DNA of 64,000 nt from positions 312,001-376,000 of the forward strand of contig MU054037.1 in NCBI GenBank assembly GCA_013239625.1. Direction: 5' to 3'. The DNA comes from Lama guanicoe (lineage: Eukaryota). A program made the translations under genes and the position numbers. Below, one piece after another: positions 27,951 to 41,360 of this stretch (position 1 is the first letter of the stretch; the number at the start of each line of letters is the position of its first letter). Below the pieces are notes generated by a model, which was given only the letters and a program-made list of their open reading frames with translations, was not told the origin of the DNA and did not search any database.

Positions 27951-27975
27951 NNNNNNNNNNNNNNNNNNNNNNNNN
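27951..27975. other. Assembly gap (25 N) inside a C-rich run
   Basis: An N run flanked by ccccgccccc and ccccc. Confidence 0.99.
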
Positions 27976-28659
27976 CCCCCGCTTCTGTAGTTCATCCTGC
28001 CTGCCTCAGTCAGATTAATCTTGCCTTAGGAAACTTCTAAAGGATTTATCTTGAATTCTGTGTCCTGATAGAGGCCAGCACAAATGCCATTGCCTGGCAT
28101 TCGAGGCCGTTTTGTGGCCAGGGCACACCATCTACCCAGTGTTATTTCCGTATACTCCTCAGTACAAATCCTTTCCATCAACAGGGCTGGGCTGGGGTCT
28201 GTGCTGTGCACTGAGCAGTAGCTATGTGGGACCCACCTTGGAGACTGCACTGTAGGAACTCTCTGAGGAGAACCAGCTTGCCAACAGCAAAAGGCACAGA
28301 ACATCATAATTTTTGTATGTGTATCAAGTGGTACGTGGCCAGTAATGTAACTATACTTGAAAATTCACTCTGGGGAAAAGGCAGACTAGTCACTATGCTT
28401 CCTATGGGAAGTTGAGTTTTAGAGGAGATGTGTGCTGTTGGGGACAGACAGCCGATGGAACTTCAGGAGGGAGAGGAAGGAGGTGCAGGAAGCTCTCCAA
28501 AGGAGAGCTGAGGCTGTCCTTTTAATTACAATGAGAGTAGCCTCCCTATGGTTGAAAAAAAGGACATCTGATGCTTCTCAGAGAAACCAGCCGAGGAGAG
28601 AGTGGTTTTGAGCCTCAGCCTCACATGCTATTGGTGACGATGACCATGCTGCAAGCCCT

Positions 28660-28860
28660 GGGCTGTATTGAGCACTTTGTAAGCCTGTGATCGCTTGATA
28701 TGCTTGACCTCATTCAGTGCTCACCATAACACTCTGAAGTTGATGGCTGTCATTATTCCCATTTTATAGACGAGGAAACTGAGACTTAGCAAAGTTAACC
28801 AGCAGACCTCAGCCTAAGCATTTGGTAAGTGGCAGAGCAGCAGCTGAAATCCAGTGTGTT
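28660..28860 (-). mobile_element. MIR SINE
   Basis: cattattcccattttatagacgaggaaactgagacttagcaaagttaac...gtaagtggcagagc. Confidence 0.75.
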
Positions 28861-29564
28861 CTAGAGTTCCTCTAACACCTTTCCAAAGATGTGTGTGGGC
28901 AAGTGGGTGTTGAGGGGTGTCACTGCTTCCTAAAGGCCGCTAGAAAGTGACGTGTGTGATCTAATTCCATTTAAATCAGTGAACCCTCTATAGAAAAGTT
29001 AATACTGTGGGAACTACAGGGAAAGAGATAAATTCATTTTTAAAAATTGATTAGCTATTTCCATCAGTTGGAATGGAGGCCTGTCTTTCCTTCCACCACG
29101 ACTCTCCACCCTCCCAATCTCCCATTTGAATCTGCAATAAAGTATCTTAAAAAACAAACAAACAAACAAACTACTACAGGGATATTTAAAACATTCAGAA
29201 GAGGGTGCTTTTGTCGGCATATCCCCAGGTCTTTCCCAGGTCAGTCTGGAAGCTTGACGTTCTCTCGGCTGGGATGTTCCCACAGTGGAGTGCAGTCCAT
29301 AGGTTTCTCTGCTGTCTTTCGTGCCTCATCAGGATTTCAAGGCTGTCAGTTTTCTCTTTCAACTCGAATATAAGGTCTCTGAGGGCAGGCACCGTCTCTT
29401 ATTTTGGTGGATAAATTTGTTTATTACCACAGCTGGACAAAAATGCCCCCTAAGATTATCCATCTCTTTTTTGGGTGTGTCTTGTCTCTGAACAACTTCC
29501 ACATAGAAGCATCTTGCTTCAGGCAGGGACTGTGTTGGGGCTCCTCTTTGAGTGAAGCCACATC

Positions 29565-29740
29565 ATGGAATTGAAAGACCTAGGCCTGGGAGTCAGCGCC
29601 AGGGTCTGTCCTACTTGCTTCTGCAAGACTCTTCAGTGAGTCAGCTGACTTTCATCGAGGTTCATTCTCTCCATTTGTAAAATGGGTGTAGGAACCTTGC
29701 GAGATGTTCTCAAGATTAGAAGTGATGTATGTAAGTGGCT
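29565..29740 (+). mobile_element. MIR SINE
   Basis: ggcctgggagtcag...tctctccatttgtaaaatggg...caagattagaagtgatgtatgtaagt. Confidence 0.6.
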
Positions 29741-30344
29741 GGTTCATCTGTCTGTTCTGAAGCACGTGCACAGGGCCTTGCACAGAATGCATGCACGATA
29801 AATGGGTCTTGAAATAGTGATGTGGTTCCTTGAGACAGGACCTTAAAGAGAGAGCTACTCCGAAGTGTTTTAAAACATAATGCCTTTCTGAAGCATGCCC
29901 TTCACGGCCTAGCTTTGTATAGGAAGGCAGGGCCGGAGAAGGGTTTCTTGGTTTTTAGATGCTACTTCAGTTTGTAAAACCTAATGTTTCATAGGTTTTT
30001 ATAGCCTGATAGTTTAAGTATTTGTAATATCAACTTGATGGAAAGATATGCAGTGATTATATTCATCAGTCTATTAAAGCAATAAAAGGATAAAATCTTC
30101 TTCAATAGAATATTTTTGTTTTTTAACACTTTACTTCATATATATTTTAAAATTTAGAAACACCTTATGGAATTAGGTATTACTAACTTTTTTGTAGGTG
30201 AGTACACTGAGGCTGAGAAACTAAGGGACTTTCTGATTTGCAGCATTGGTAGAGTATGGATTCAAACCCAATTCCTGTGAGGTTTTCTTCTTTGTTTGTT
30301 ATTTTCCCACAGCCACTAAACATACGGAGAAACTATCAGCATTT

Positions 30345-30502
30345 TTTCCTCCATCGATTTTACTTTTAACCTGTGCCTTTATAGTTAAAGTGGGTTTCTG
30401 ACAACACACAGTTGGGTCTTGTTTTCTTGATCCACTCTGATAACCTCTTTTAAAGGGTACATTTAGACCATTGGTGTTCAAAGTGATTATTGCTGGATAC
30501 AC
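30345..30502 (-). mobile_element. Old L1 ORF2 endonuclease N-terminal fragment
   Basis: The minus-strand ORF 30299..30502 (IITLNTNGLNVPFKR...KQDPTVCCQ) matches L1 ORF2p ILTLNVNGLN..IKR...KQDP.ICCLQE. Confidence 0.85.
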
Positions 30503-32379
30503 AGCAACTAAAGTCAGAAATGTGTGTGTGTGTGTACGCCATATATATAATGTTTCTTAATACATAAATGTATATCCAACTTATTTCCACGTAGTCTGGT
30601 CTGGGAAACAACACAGATTTAAGAAAAACAAAACAAAACAAAAAACTTTCACTGAATGTTTGTCGTGACCTTGGCACTATATTTTTAATGATTTTGAAGG
30701 AGTTTAAAGAAAACTCATTTCAGAAGTTTGCACCGTATTCTCCAAGTCTTGGATGCAGCTTTTATACCTGACATGTTCAAAAATTGCCTAAAATTAGTGC
30801 AAAATACAGTTAAAAGAGAGAGAAGTAGCTGAGGTACTACAGTTCACTGCCTGCTGAGTGTAAGTCGGGGCCTCACGTTCATTCTCCGCGGGCGCTGAGG
30901 GTCTGACGCAGCCCTCGGCCTCCCAGGCCTGAGGTCAGGGGTTATTGATTCTGGGCCTGTCTCTTTGTGCTGCGCCTCAGTTGCTAAACAAGTGCTGCTG
31001 AGAAGAGAGGTTTTCTCAGAAGAAATAATGTTTTCAGTGTTTCTATTGGCTTTTTGCACGGTTAGTATACGATCAGCAAAATTTCAGAACTTCTTAAGGA
31101 AAACAAGCGATTCCTGGATAAGCCAGTATTATGAATTGAGGTATTTAAGTTATTTATTTGCAAAAGACCCAGAGTCTTTTTACTGAATGGAACTTCTGTT
31201 CCCTCATTCCCGAGCGTGGAATGGGCCGGCACGGCAGCCGTCTGTGTGATCTACGGTTTGGTAAATACAGAGCCGTAGGAATTTTGTGGTTTAAAAGAAA
31301 AGTCGAGAGGGAGTTACGGATTGTCTGTGAGACTGGACACCTCTCCTGCCATGTCAAACCCACCCTCCTTTCCCATTCCCAAACTCTAAAAGACCCCCTT
31401 TCAGCTTTTTGAGTTTTTTTTTCAGCCACACACAGTAACTTAGTCTCTCTACCTGGAGCCCGTGGCTCAGCCCTGACTCCCCGGAGACTGCAACGTGCTT
31501 TTGTTCACGTGGGTGGATTTTGTGTAGTCGCTGCTGCCTGAAGAAAGCATCCTCTGTGCCCTGGGCTTGCCTTTCTTAGTTTGAGGTTAGGTGTTTACAG
31601 TTTAAACAGAGCTGAGATGTCGTGCTGCTATCCAACGGGTTTGGGAACGTGCCCTTGTGGCAGTCAGTGCTCTCGGCGTCCCGAGTGGAGGGCTCCACGT
31701 GTACTGGCGGCTGCAGTTAGACAGCTTTGTTTTGGTTCTGTAGTCCCAGCCATATTTGGGAAACACACGTTGGCGAGCTTTTGTGTTTAAGACTTGTCTG
31801 CGTTGACCGTGCATGCTTAAGAACTGGTGTGTGCCCAGAGTTGTACATATAAAGAGTTTGAGGTGCTCTGGGCTCTGGAATGCCATGCAGTCCGTCGGGT
31901 TAGGAGCAGGGGACTGGCAGCCAGCAGGCCCAGGGAGCAGGGGTGCTGCGTGCGTTGTCACCTGGCAGCCCCTGGGGACTATTTTAGGATGAAACGTTTT
32001 GGTGCCATTGCTTCTTTAGGAAATCTGGCTGAACATTCTAGTTGTTTTATTGCCCCCCTTTCCTCATAAGGAACTGCCTGGAAGTAGTTTGGCTTCATTA
32101 AACAAAAGCAATCACTGGCAATTAATGCTGGAATTCCACATTTGGGGCATTTGCTCTCAGTCCTGAGGGACAGTGCTCCTCGTGGGGCTGCCACATTCTA
32201 ATGGACAAGATTGTTTGTAGCATTTTTTTCTTTCACTTGTCTCCTAGAATTTGGTCTTAAAAGTTCTCAAGATTACACCCTTGCATGTCAAATGCCAGGG
32301 ATGAGATTAAAAACAATTACCTGTCATTAAAAAAGTAACATGTTATGACCATGATACACAGTTGCCTGTAATTCCACGC

Positions 32380-33190
32380 TGCCATATCCTTGTTAGAATT
32401 TGGGCGTATTCCTTTGAAATACATGTGTTTTTGTTTTTACATGTTGATAATCATGAGCATGACATGGACCTACATCCTGCTTTAGTCACCTAATCTTCTA
32501 AGAAGTGTTTTCCCATGTTGTGTGTTCTGCATAACTATTATTCTCATAACTCTTCAGTGCATCCAGGGGGTTTGTGGCCATGTCATTGGTCCCCTGTCAC
32601 TGAACACAGGAGTGTTTCTAGGTTTTCACTATTAATAAAGCTGTGGTGAACATCTGTTTACGTAGCTTTATTGTCATTTGGGATTCTTTCTTTGAGCCAG
32701 ATTTCCCTAAAGCACAAAGAGTATGAAGTACATTAAGTCTTGATGTGTTATGCTGCAAGCAGTGGTAATAACTTAGTGTCACTGACTGTAGGAAAATGTC
32801 AGTGTCTTTAACACTTGTCCCTACTGGGCTTTATTTTTTTTAATTTGTGGCCGAATTTAAGAAGTGGAACACTGGAATTTGACACAACACTGTAAAATGA
32901 TTATGAATCAATAAAAAAATGTAAAATAAAATAAAATAAAAATGAAAAAAAAACAAAAAAACAAAACAAAAAAAGAAGTGGAAAAAATGGTTAGTCATTA
33001 TTGGAGGGTTTTTGTTTTGTTTTGTTTTTTAAACTAATCAGGAGAAGCGAACATTTTCTCATAGATTGTTTGCATTTTTTCTTGGAGTTTCTTCATGCCT
33101 TTAACATTTTTTTCTTGGCGATAAGTATTGAGTACACTGTAACACAAGGATATTAATCCTCTTTATTATGTTTGCTGTAAATCGTGCATT
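32380..33190 (-). mobile_element. Old L1 (L1ME-like) fragment, interrupted by a young insertion
   Basis: Antisense L1M phrases, e.g. tgtttctaggttttcactattaataaagctgtggtgaacatc and aaggatattaatcctcttt. Confidence 0.65.
32870..32972 (+). mobile_element. Very short, 5'-truncated young L1 3' terminus with A-rich tail and 11-bp TSD
   Basis: cactggaatttgacacaacactgtaaaatgattatgaatcaataaa plus an A-rich tail. AAGAAGTGGAA occurs at 32859-32869 and 32973-32983. Confidence 0.85.
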
Positions 33191-36100
33191 TGAATACATA
33201 CATTGTAATCAATATTACCTCCTAAATTTTGTTGTCTGAAGGTCAAATAATTTTGCATTTATAAGACTGGAAACTATTTTAGGCTGTGTTTTGTTTATTG
33301 GCAGTTTTGTTGGCAGGATGAACTTTGCATGTTTATTTACAGACTTCATCTAAGTTTAAAAGGTAAAAAAAAAGTTTGCAGATGTGTCAGTGGTTACCTT
33401 TCCAGCTCTCGATCCTGACCCATGTCTGGTGAGGGCCTGGGATGACAGTGTGATGGTCACTGGGGGGGCTTGGGCGTGGGGATCTCTGAATTCTGTGATT
33501 CTTAAAGAGAGGCCTTATTAAAATTATCATCATGCCTTTTAATGGGGATTAAAAACAAAACTAAGCCAAACTTAAAACTTCCCTTTCTGATGGGCCAGTG
33601 CACCTGGTGACTGGGATTGGCCTTAACATTGAGGAAGTGAGGGCAGGGGCTTTCGGGGGGAGTGACAGTGAGATTAAAGACTTGGAAATGGGAAATCTTG
33701 TTCAGGGTTCAGTACGAATGACAGATGTGAGTCACATGGAGTTTGGGCTTATTAAGCACATGGAGGTAAGATTGGAGAAGTCATTGGGACCTCCTCTTAC
33801 AGAGCCTCATGGAGTGTTAAGGGATTTGGACTTGCATTTTTAGACCAGTGTTTCCCAAAGTGTGACATTTGAGGTGAGTTTTGAAGGCATGCCATTGATC
33901 ACTCGAAGTTTAGCGTTTATTCATTCCTTGATGGTCTCTCCAGTAGAATTTATTCCTTTCCTTTCTGTGCTCCTGTACCACTTAGGTCAGATTCCTGGCA
34001 GAAGGGTTCACTGTCATACTGTGTTTAAATGGGACATGTCTGTGACCCTACAACACCGTGATGGGCTCAGAGACAACTGTCTGATGCATGTTGGTCTCCT
34101 GTGGGCCAAGCGGTATTCTGGGTGCACAGTAGGTACTAAAGAAATGCTGTTGGAATGGCCTGTGTTTTAGATACATTATTCTTTTCTAGGAGGTTTTCTG
34201 CCCTTTTTTTTTTTTCCCTCTTGCCCTGTACCACCCAACCAACCCCTCTGAGCTTACAGGGGCCCCGTGGATTTTTTCCTCCATTGAAATTTGACCCAGG
34301 AACTCGCACTGCTGAAGTCAGAACGTGGCAGGACATGGGCTGTAGGGTGATCCTGAGGCTTGTTAGGCCATTGTAACAGTCTAGGGATGAGGTGATGGAA
34401 CAGAACAGTGAGTTCGCAGATGGAAAAGCAGGGGTGGCTGGGGTGCTTGAGGCACGAGGGTGGAAAAATTGACAAGACTGGGCAGTGTATCAGGTGTGGG
34501 GTGGAGGGGGCGGGGGGGAGGCAGGACGAGAATGCAGTGCACTCAGACCTGCACGAGGGCCAGATACTCACTCCACCAGTGTTGACTGGGCGCTTGCTCT
34601 GGGCTAGGCACCATGCCAGATGTTAGGCTGCAGAGATGAGCCAGACGCCTTCTCTGCTGGAAGTGCTCACTGTGGAGGGGGTTGACTGGAGGAGCAGGGA
34701 CCACGAAGGCAAGGTGGGAAGAGATGAGTGACGGTTACAGGTAATCAGTCCCTGTATTATCAGGACTTTGTGCTACTCACTGAGTGATGGGGTGATATCA
34801 GAAGGATATAAGGGGCAAATGACACTGTCCAGCTCATGTGTTGGCTGTGGAAGGTTCTCATCTGGGGTTTAGTGTCCGTTCTGAAGGCTGAAGGTGCCCT
34901 GAGGAGGAAGAAGAGACTGGTAGGAGGGAAAGTGGGCTCAGGAGACGGGAGAAAGAGCAAGATGAAGGGAAACCTTTTCTGAATCTGTTTTTGCACCTCA
35001 GTAATAAAAGGGGGGATTAGATTTCTCGTTTATGAATCTTTTTTGTAGCCATAGAACCCATTTATCCAAGGAAAGTTCTGAAAGTATAAATGAATGAAAT
35101 CAATAAAAACACAGCTGCGCTGGTGGCCTGAGGGGGCTCGTGGAACCTTCTGCTGAAACAGGTGAAAAACCCACAAGAAGGAGCTCGGTAACCAGCACAG
35201 ATCCTTCTGGCTTGAATAGTCCAGATGAAATCCTCAAGGAAGTGAGCTAGTACTTGGAAAGGAACGAGGACCCAGCCCAGGGTCCTCCAGCTCTTTAAAC
35301 TCCGGGAGGAACTTCAGAGGTCCTGTTCTAGAAGGAAGAGCCTCATGGCCCAAGGGAAACCAGTCCGCAGTGACACTGAGAAGTCAGGACCAGGAGGTGC
35401 TTGTGGGAGGAGGAAGGAGTTAACTTCTTAAATTCAGTGGAAAGGTCAGTGAGGCCCTGGCCAGGGCAGGAGCTTGGGCTTGGCCGTGTGTGTGCACTGG
35501 AAACCTTTCTGAAGGCCATTTTAGATAACTGGTTAGAACGGAAACCGCGTTGGAGGGATTCCAGGAGGAAACGGGAGGATGTGGGGGACGTGTTTTCCTA
35601 TTGCTCCCTCTCCAGAAGCATCGGTCTTTTCACAGAAACCATGTGCTTGTTGTGTTCTGAGCCCCCACCGGTGTCCTGGGATTCCAGGCCGAAGTTAACA
35701 TCAGGGTCAAGTTTATCCTAACTTCCTCCCTTTGAAAGGAAATGTTAGCGACTCAGTGTTTATCCTTTCTGGCTTTCTGAGGAGCCTTCTGCACCCTCCC
35801 TGATAGCGTAGAGAGTGTATTTGAAGAGAAATGCCATTAATAGGGATTGAGAAGAAGATGAGCTGACAGAAACATTGGAGAAATGTGGCTCTGCTGGTGG
35901 ATCAGCACAGTATAAGGCCAGGCATCTGTGGGCTGTCCGTGTTCTTTTCAAGCCATCGTGTAGCGGCAAATACATGTATCAGACCAGGTCTCAGGTTGGA
36001 TTCCAGAGCTAGAGTGTTAACCAGAGTTTGGTCGGAATGGGGAACTAGCTTATATTAGGCAGCTGTAATGGCATTAAGGAGAATCTTGGTTATTTTGACA

Positions 36101-36815
36101 CTAGGACTTGAAAGTTAGGTTCTGAAGGTTAGAGGCAAGGACAAAGTTCACGACTGAACACCCACCCACTGCATGCTCAGTCCCAAGGATGACACAGTAT
36201 CTCCCTTTAGAATCTTACAGTTGTCTGCGTGTGTAGTGTGTGTGTTGGGGAAGAGGCAATGGAGGCAAAACAGCATAGGGCATAGGAGAAGCTGGAGCAA
36301 GCTGTGTGCGAGGTCAACCAGAGGCTCATGCTCTTCCAAGGATCTTTGCTGAACCCTGAATTCATTTTTACAGACACACTCAATTCCTCCCTTGTCATAT
36401 CCCTGAACCATCCATATAAGGAAGGACCTCCTTTCCTTCCCTAATAAACAACCCATATTTAGCTATTGGATTCTGTTACAGCTGGAAACATGAGTATAAC
36501 TTTTGCTTTTTAGTAATTATTCACTCTCTGTCATGAAGACTTATCTCAAAATTACAGGGTCGTGGAATTAGAGAGGGACCACGCCAAACCGTTCATTATC
36601 CAGATGCATTCTTAACACGACTGGCTACTTCACATCTTGTTCTCTTGATGGAATGTCTGTGTCGACGCTGTGGTGTTTTGACCAAGTACGGTAGACCTGG
36701 GCAGCCCAAGGGGTGGAATGGTGGCTTCACTCTCGCTGGCCACCCAGACGGTGACACTGTAGGTTCCTGCAACTCACAGTGGGGTTTGCTGCCCACTTGC
36801 ATCTGTCCAGTTTTG

Positions 36816-36829
36816 CCACTAGGTGGCAC
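36816..36829 (+). promoter_or_regulatory. Candidate CTCF motif
   Basis: CCACTAGGTGGCAC fits the core CCASYAGRKGGCRS. This is a motif match only. Confidence 0.4.
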
Positions 36830-38899
36830 CATTCATCTTTTTGGCTTTTACCCAAAGGTGCCTGTCTCCTTTGGAGGGGATTTAGGGGAGAAATTCCAAA
36901 GACGTGCCATCATGTTCTCAACCAACTCAAACTCTTTACAGCTTAGTTTTTAAATAAATATTAAGTGTCAGAGGTTTTTATGTAAAATAAACCCTCATGT
37001 TCTTCATATGATTGTAATACTTGTACTGTCTCTAAGTAAACTGCGGGGAGTAGATTGTGACTTCCAAAGCTTTCAGCGTTCTCCTGGCCAGACTCAGTTT
37101 GTGCAGCTTCCTAGTTGCATCCCCGCCACCCTGACTCTGAGCTCTTCAGGTTGTAGAGACAAAATCGTCTCCTGAGCCACGTGGGATTCAGCCCTAGATG
37201 GCCTTACTCAGGAGAGAGGAGTGAAGCTTCTCTCTGCGTGAAACCTTTGGGGCTCCCTCCTCCCCATCTTCCTCCTCTTCTGCTGCTCAAGATGCTTGGG
37301 CTGCAATCAGAAACTGCCGCTGGTTAATTCAGACTGAAAAGGGGGTTTGTTGGCGAGCCCTCGGGTAGTTCAGAATGTACAGGAGGTCAGAGAATAGCGC
37401 TCAGAACAGGGGCAGAAATTCAAGGAGTCTGCACTGGATGGACTCAGAGCCAGAACCAGGCCCTGGAATAGTCTGGATAGGATGTCGCTGCCGTTGCCAC
37501 CACTGACGAGGACAGGGCACTGGGCGCCATCCTCGGCACAAGTGCCACTGCTGCAGTTTTTATTTTAAACTGTCCTCCCTGCTTCATGTTACCTGCAATC
37601 AAGTGACAGCACGTAACAGAACCTAGTATCCAAAAGTCTTTACGTGCAGAGCTGGTACTCACCTGAGGGTCGTCACTGCTGCCTCCTACTGTCATCCAAG
37701 TTCAAGAATCGGGATAGTGTCCGACCCTCTGGGGCCCATTTTCCTTCCATCTTCTTAAAATCTGACCACTGGATGGTAAACACCTAGCCTGGGGAGGACC
37801 CCCTAGAGAGCGCTATCTCTGGCATCTGCTCTGGTTGGTGGACGTTTGTGGCAAAGTGATGGTTAGTATTTAGGGTACTATCCTGGACCATATGTACTTT
37901 AGATCAGTTTATGCAAGGGTGGGGCTGACACCTAGAAATGACTAGTATCTGTATTGAGAAATATAAAATGTGCAAAGGGTGACCCAGATTATCACAGATG
38001 GTGATGACTCATCAGGTGTGAGCTGAGGCGTGCTTTTTGTCTGCTTTCCCAGTCATCTCTTCTCAGACCTAAGAATGCTGTTGTGCTATGTACTTGTTTT
38101 TGAAATTAAGACAAATTGAGCTATACAGAGGGAATTGATAAATGAATTATGGACTGTTACTACAATGAAATACTACACAGCCATCAAAATGATGGGTATG
38201 ACTGTGAAAATCCAGAAGAATGTTCATGAAATATTTAAGAACTCGAACACAAAGCTGTCCAGACATTGTTTACAACTGTGTAAGTGCTATTTATGCAGGT
38301 ACAGGTTAGATAGGACTGTAAAGAAAGAAAAATACTCTCTATTAACATAACTTCATGGTTGAAGCAAAAACATTTCTTTGGTTATGCTTTAAAAGTTAAG
38401 TAAATGAAACCTTAACATAATTATTAAAATTATTTTTTAAAGTAAAACATTTGGATGATATCGATGATATCCTGACCGCCCTTTCTGGCCTGGGAGGCAG
38501 ACGAAGGTATCATAAAACCAGGGTGGGAAACCACCAGGGCATATGGAACACAGCAGGTTGCATTCTTAACTGAAAGAACAAATGTTTCCACAGCTTAAAG
38601 AACAATCTGAGGGGCTGTTGAAGGTCACAGGTAGTCTCGGGCATACTTGACAGTGACAGAGGCAAAGTTACTGCTGATTTGGGCTGGAGAGAAGCCCTTA
38701 GAATGACTTCTTTTTTCCCCCTTAGTTTCTATTCAGTCGATTGCAAGGACAGTGAACAAGGCAGCCACCCAGAGAGGAAGCCAGTGCCTGGCTTCCGTGT
38801 TTCAAAGGAAACTGAAGCGTGTCTGCTGGTCCAGACCCTCAGACCAGACCTCGACCTTACTACAGAAGTCATGACTCAGGGGCTTGATTGCCTCTACAT

Positions 38900-39064
38900 C
38901 GTTGCTTCTCACACGTGAAAGTACAGAGGGACCGGCTGGGGGCCTTGTAAAATGCACATGCTGATGCAGTGGGTGTAGGGTCGATTCTGAGTTTCTCCAT
39001 TTTGTTGTAAGTTCCCAGCTGATGCCAGTGGTGCTGGTCTGCAGACCACACTTTAAACAGCAAC
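38900..39064. mobile_element. MER5A1-like MITE
   Basis: ttgcttctcac...ccttgtaaaatgcacatgctgatgcagtggg...gctggtctgcagaccacactttaaacagcaa. Confidence 0.7.
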
Positions 39065-39387
39065 GTTCTACATGTCCTTAAGGCTTGCGTCTCAGATTGT
39101 CCTTCAGATGTGTTCAGCTGGACCTTACTATTCAAAATATGTGCACGACCTGTGCCTCGTCTCTAAACCAAGTATGGGTAACAAAACAGGCCAAGGAGTT
39201 TGAGTGATGTGTCCAAGGTCATGTCATACAGAGCCAAACGAGAACCAGAAGCCTGGCCAGGCGCTTCCTGGTTCAGCTGTGTTTTATCAAGGGTTATGTA
39301 CAGGGTTTGCATTTTTAATGTGAACCATAGGGATTTATCTCGAACCTGCCATTCATCAGTTCTGTTGTGGTGTTTGTTTTTCTGCAG

Positions 39388-39432
39388 AGCAGTTCAGAGG
39401 CCTGGTTGCAGAGCACTTGTCCTGTCACCACC
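39388..39432 (+). other. SORBS1: SORBS1 5' UTR portion of the start-codon exon
   Basis: Pyrimidine tract and acceptor tgtttgtttttctgcag| at 39386-39387. The 45 nt to the ATG end in the Kozak context CACCACC-ATG. Further AGs at 39388-89 and 39391-92 could be alternative acceptors. Confidence 0.75.
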
Positions 39433-39442
39433 ATGAGCTCTG
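39433..39442 (+). CDS. SORBS1: SORBS1 first coding segment (M-S-S plus the first base of Glu)
   Basis: ACCACC ATG AGC TCT G|gtaagt is a perfect donor in phase 1. It joins the next exon to give MSSECD, the SORBS1 N-terminus as I recall it. Confidence 0.92.
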
Positions 39443-39704
39443 GTAAGTCATTTTAAACCCTGTCTTTCTCTTCTTGACAAATCTACAAAACTGGGCCATT
39501 TACCCAGATTTCTCACTCACTCTGGAGGCCCCAGCTGCATTTTGTTTTTAATTTTTTGAGTCCTGGGTAAGTGGCAAAGTTTTGTCATAAATTGTCATCA
39601 TCACCTTTACTAGTAATGGTTTACTAAGTACCTACCATATGTCAAGAACTACGCTATATACTCCACATGTACTGTGTCCTGAGTTTTAGAGGGGGCTCCT
39701 TTTC

Positions 39705-39800
39705 CCTGTATTTGACAACTTTATTGAGATATAACTAGTGTACAGTAAACTGGATATTTTAAGGGTACAATTTGATAAACGTTGCCATATGTATATACCT
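39705..39800 (-). mobile_element. L1MB-like 3' terminal fragment
   Basis: acaactttattgagatataact...tacagtaaactggatattttaagggtacaatttgataa. Confidence 0.7.
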
Positions 39801-40755
39801 TAGTGGCATCTCTTAATCTGACTGACTGCAGCAAAGTCAACAGATTGACCATAATTGCCCCAGGATATGAACTAATCTGTCACTTCCTTTCTCAGGACAA
39901 AATCATCCTTTTGCTATGCCTTTGGTGGTAAAAATCAAGACCTAAACAAGTGATCAGTTGAGTATTTTTAGTCTAGAGCTGGGGTGGAAAGCCCAGGCTA
40001 GGGGAGACAGAAAGGGGGATAGGTCCCAAGAGCTGGCAGCTTACCAGCCCAGAATTCAAGGCAGAGGAGTTTCCACCTGGAGATGAAGTCACACCTTGGC
40101 TACTGAGCGTGTCCTGGAACCTCCCAAGACCCTCAGGCTGGGTGGGCCAGGGGGTGACCAAGGGGTTAGTTCATTCAGGGGTCTCTGAATCCTGCGTTGT
40201 CTCCGAAGTGTATTCAGAGACCTCTGTAGATTGAAAACAAGCCGTTCCCTTTCAGTGCCCTTTTAGCCAAATCCACACCATGTGGGGCTGTGTGTGCTTA
40301 GGACGGGGAGGCCAGATCAGCTCAGGGCTGCGTACTGAGTATGCGAGTGGAGGGCCCTTCTCCACACTCTCCTCTATAAGATGGGCGTCGCAGAAGCCCC
40401 CATTCATTGGGATTTTGTGAGGATGAAGTGAGGCAGTGCTTCTGCAGTACTGAGCACTGTGCCCAAGGCCCGGCCGGTGTCCATCCGTGGGCTCTATCAG
40501 CTCAGGCTCCCTCCATGCAGGAGAGGAATGCGGCTCGTCCCTGCGCCTGTGGTGCCTCTGCTGTGCGGGGGGAGGCCTCCCCTCCAGGTGCACTTGGCCC
40601 TGCCAGCGGCTCCTGCTTTGTAACTCATTTTTTTCTCCTTTTTTGGCGTTTTGTTTTTGGTGTCATTTAAAACAGACTAGGGCTTTTCCTTTCTTTCTTT
40701 TGAGACTTAAGCTCTGCAGACTCAAATTTCTTCTAAGATCAGATTTAGCCTAAAC

Positions 40756-40790
40756 GGGCATCACCACTCCTGGGGCATCACCACTCCTGG
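40756..40790. repeat. Perfect 17-bp tandem duplication (GGGCATCACCACTCCTG)x2
   Basis: Read directly: 40756-40772 is identical to 40773-40789. Confidence 0.95.
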
Positions 40791-41199
40791 CACGAATAAG
40801 GGTGGAAGAAGCAGATAGGGAGGGGCCAGCCGGAGGGCGAGGGTGTGGAAATGCCTGCGGGACTCCTCCCCAGGGTCTCACTCTCGGGCGTGGCACTGAA
40901 AGGAGGCATTTTGTAGAAAGAGTCCAAAAAGTCTGGACCCTTTGACCTGATAGTCCCACTCTTGGGAGTTTCTATCTTAATTTGAAGGAAACAAAAACAT
41001 CACCCGCATGAAGGTGGGGAATGAATAGGTTCATGATGTGTGTTTGCTTGATGGAATATTATGCCACTAATAAAAATGATCATCAGAAGGAAAGCAGCTG
41101 CATAAAAATATGTTTTCGCCTTCGGTGGAAAGAGCAGCGTGAAAATGATGTGTTATTTTTATTCCAAGTCTGGACTGGGCTGCCAGTCACCAAGGCAAG

Positions 41200-41360
41200 T
41201 GCTTTAGCTGCCCTATCTCATTTCATTCTCCTGGCAGACCCACAAGGTTGGGCATGGTATACTCTCATTCTGGAGATGAGGAAACTGAGGCCCTGAGGGG
41301 CTAGTGGTGTGTCTGAAGTCAGCCAGCTAGTGCAGGGTGGAGCTGAGGCAAACCCAGGAG
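41200..41360 (-). mobile_element. MIR SINE
   Basis: tctcatttcattctc...ctcattctggagatgaggaaactgaggcc. Confidence 0.7.
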
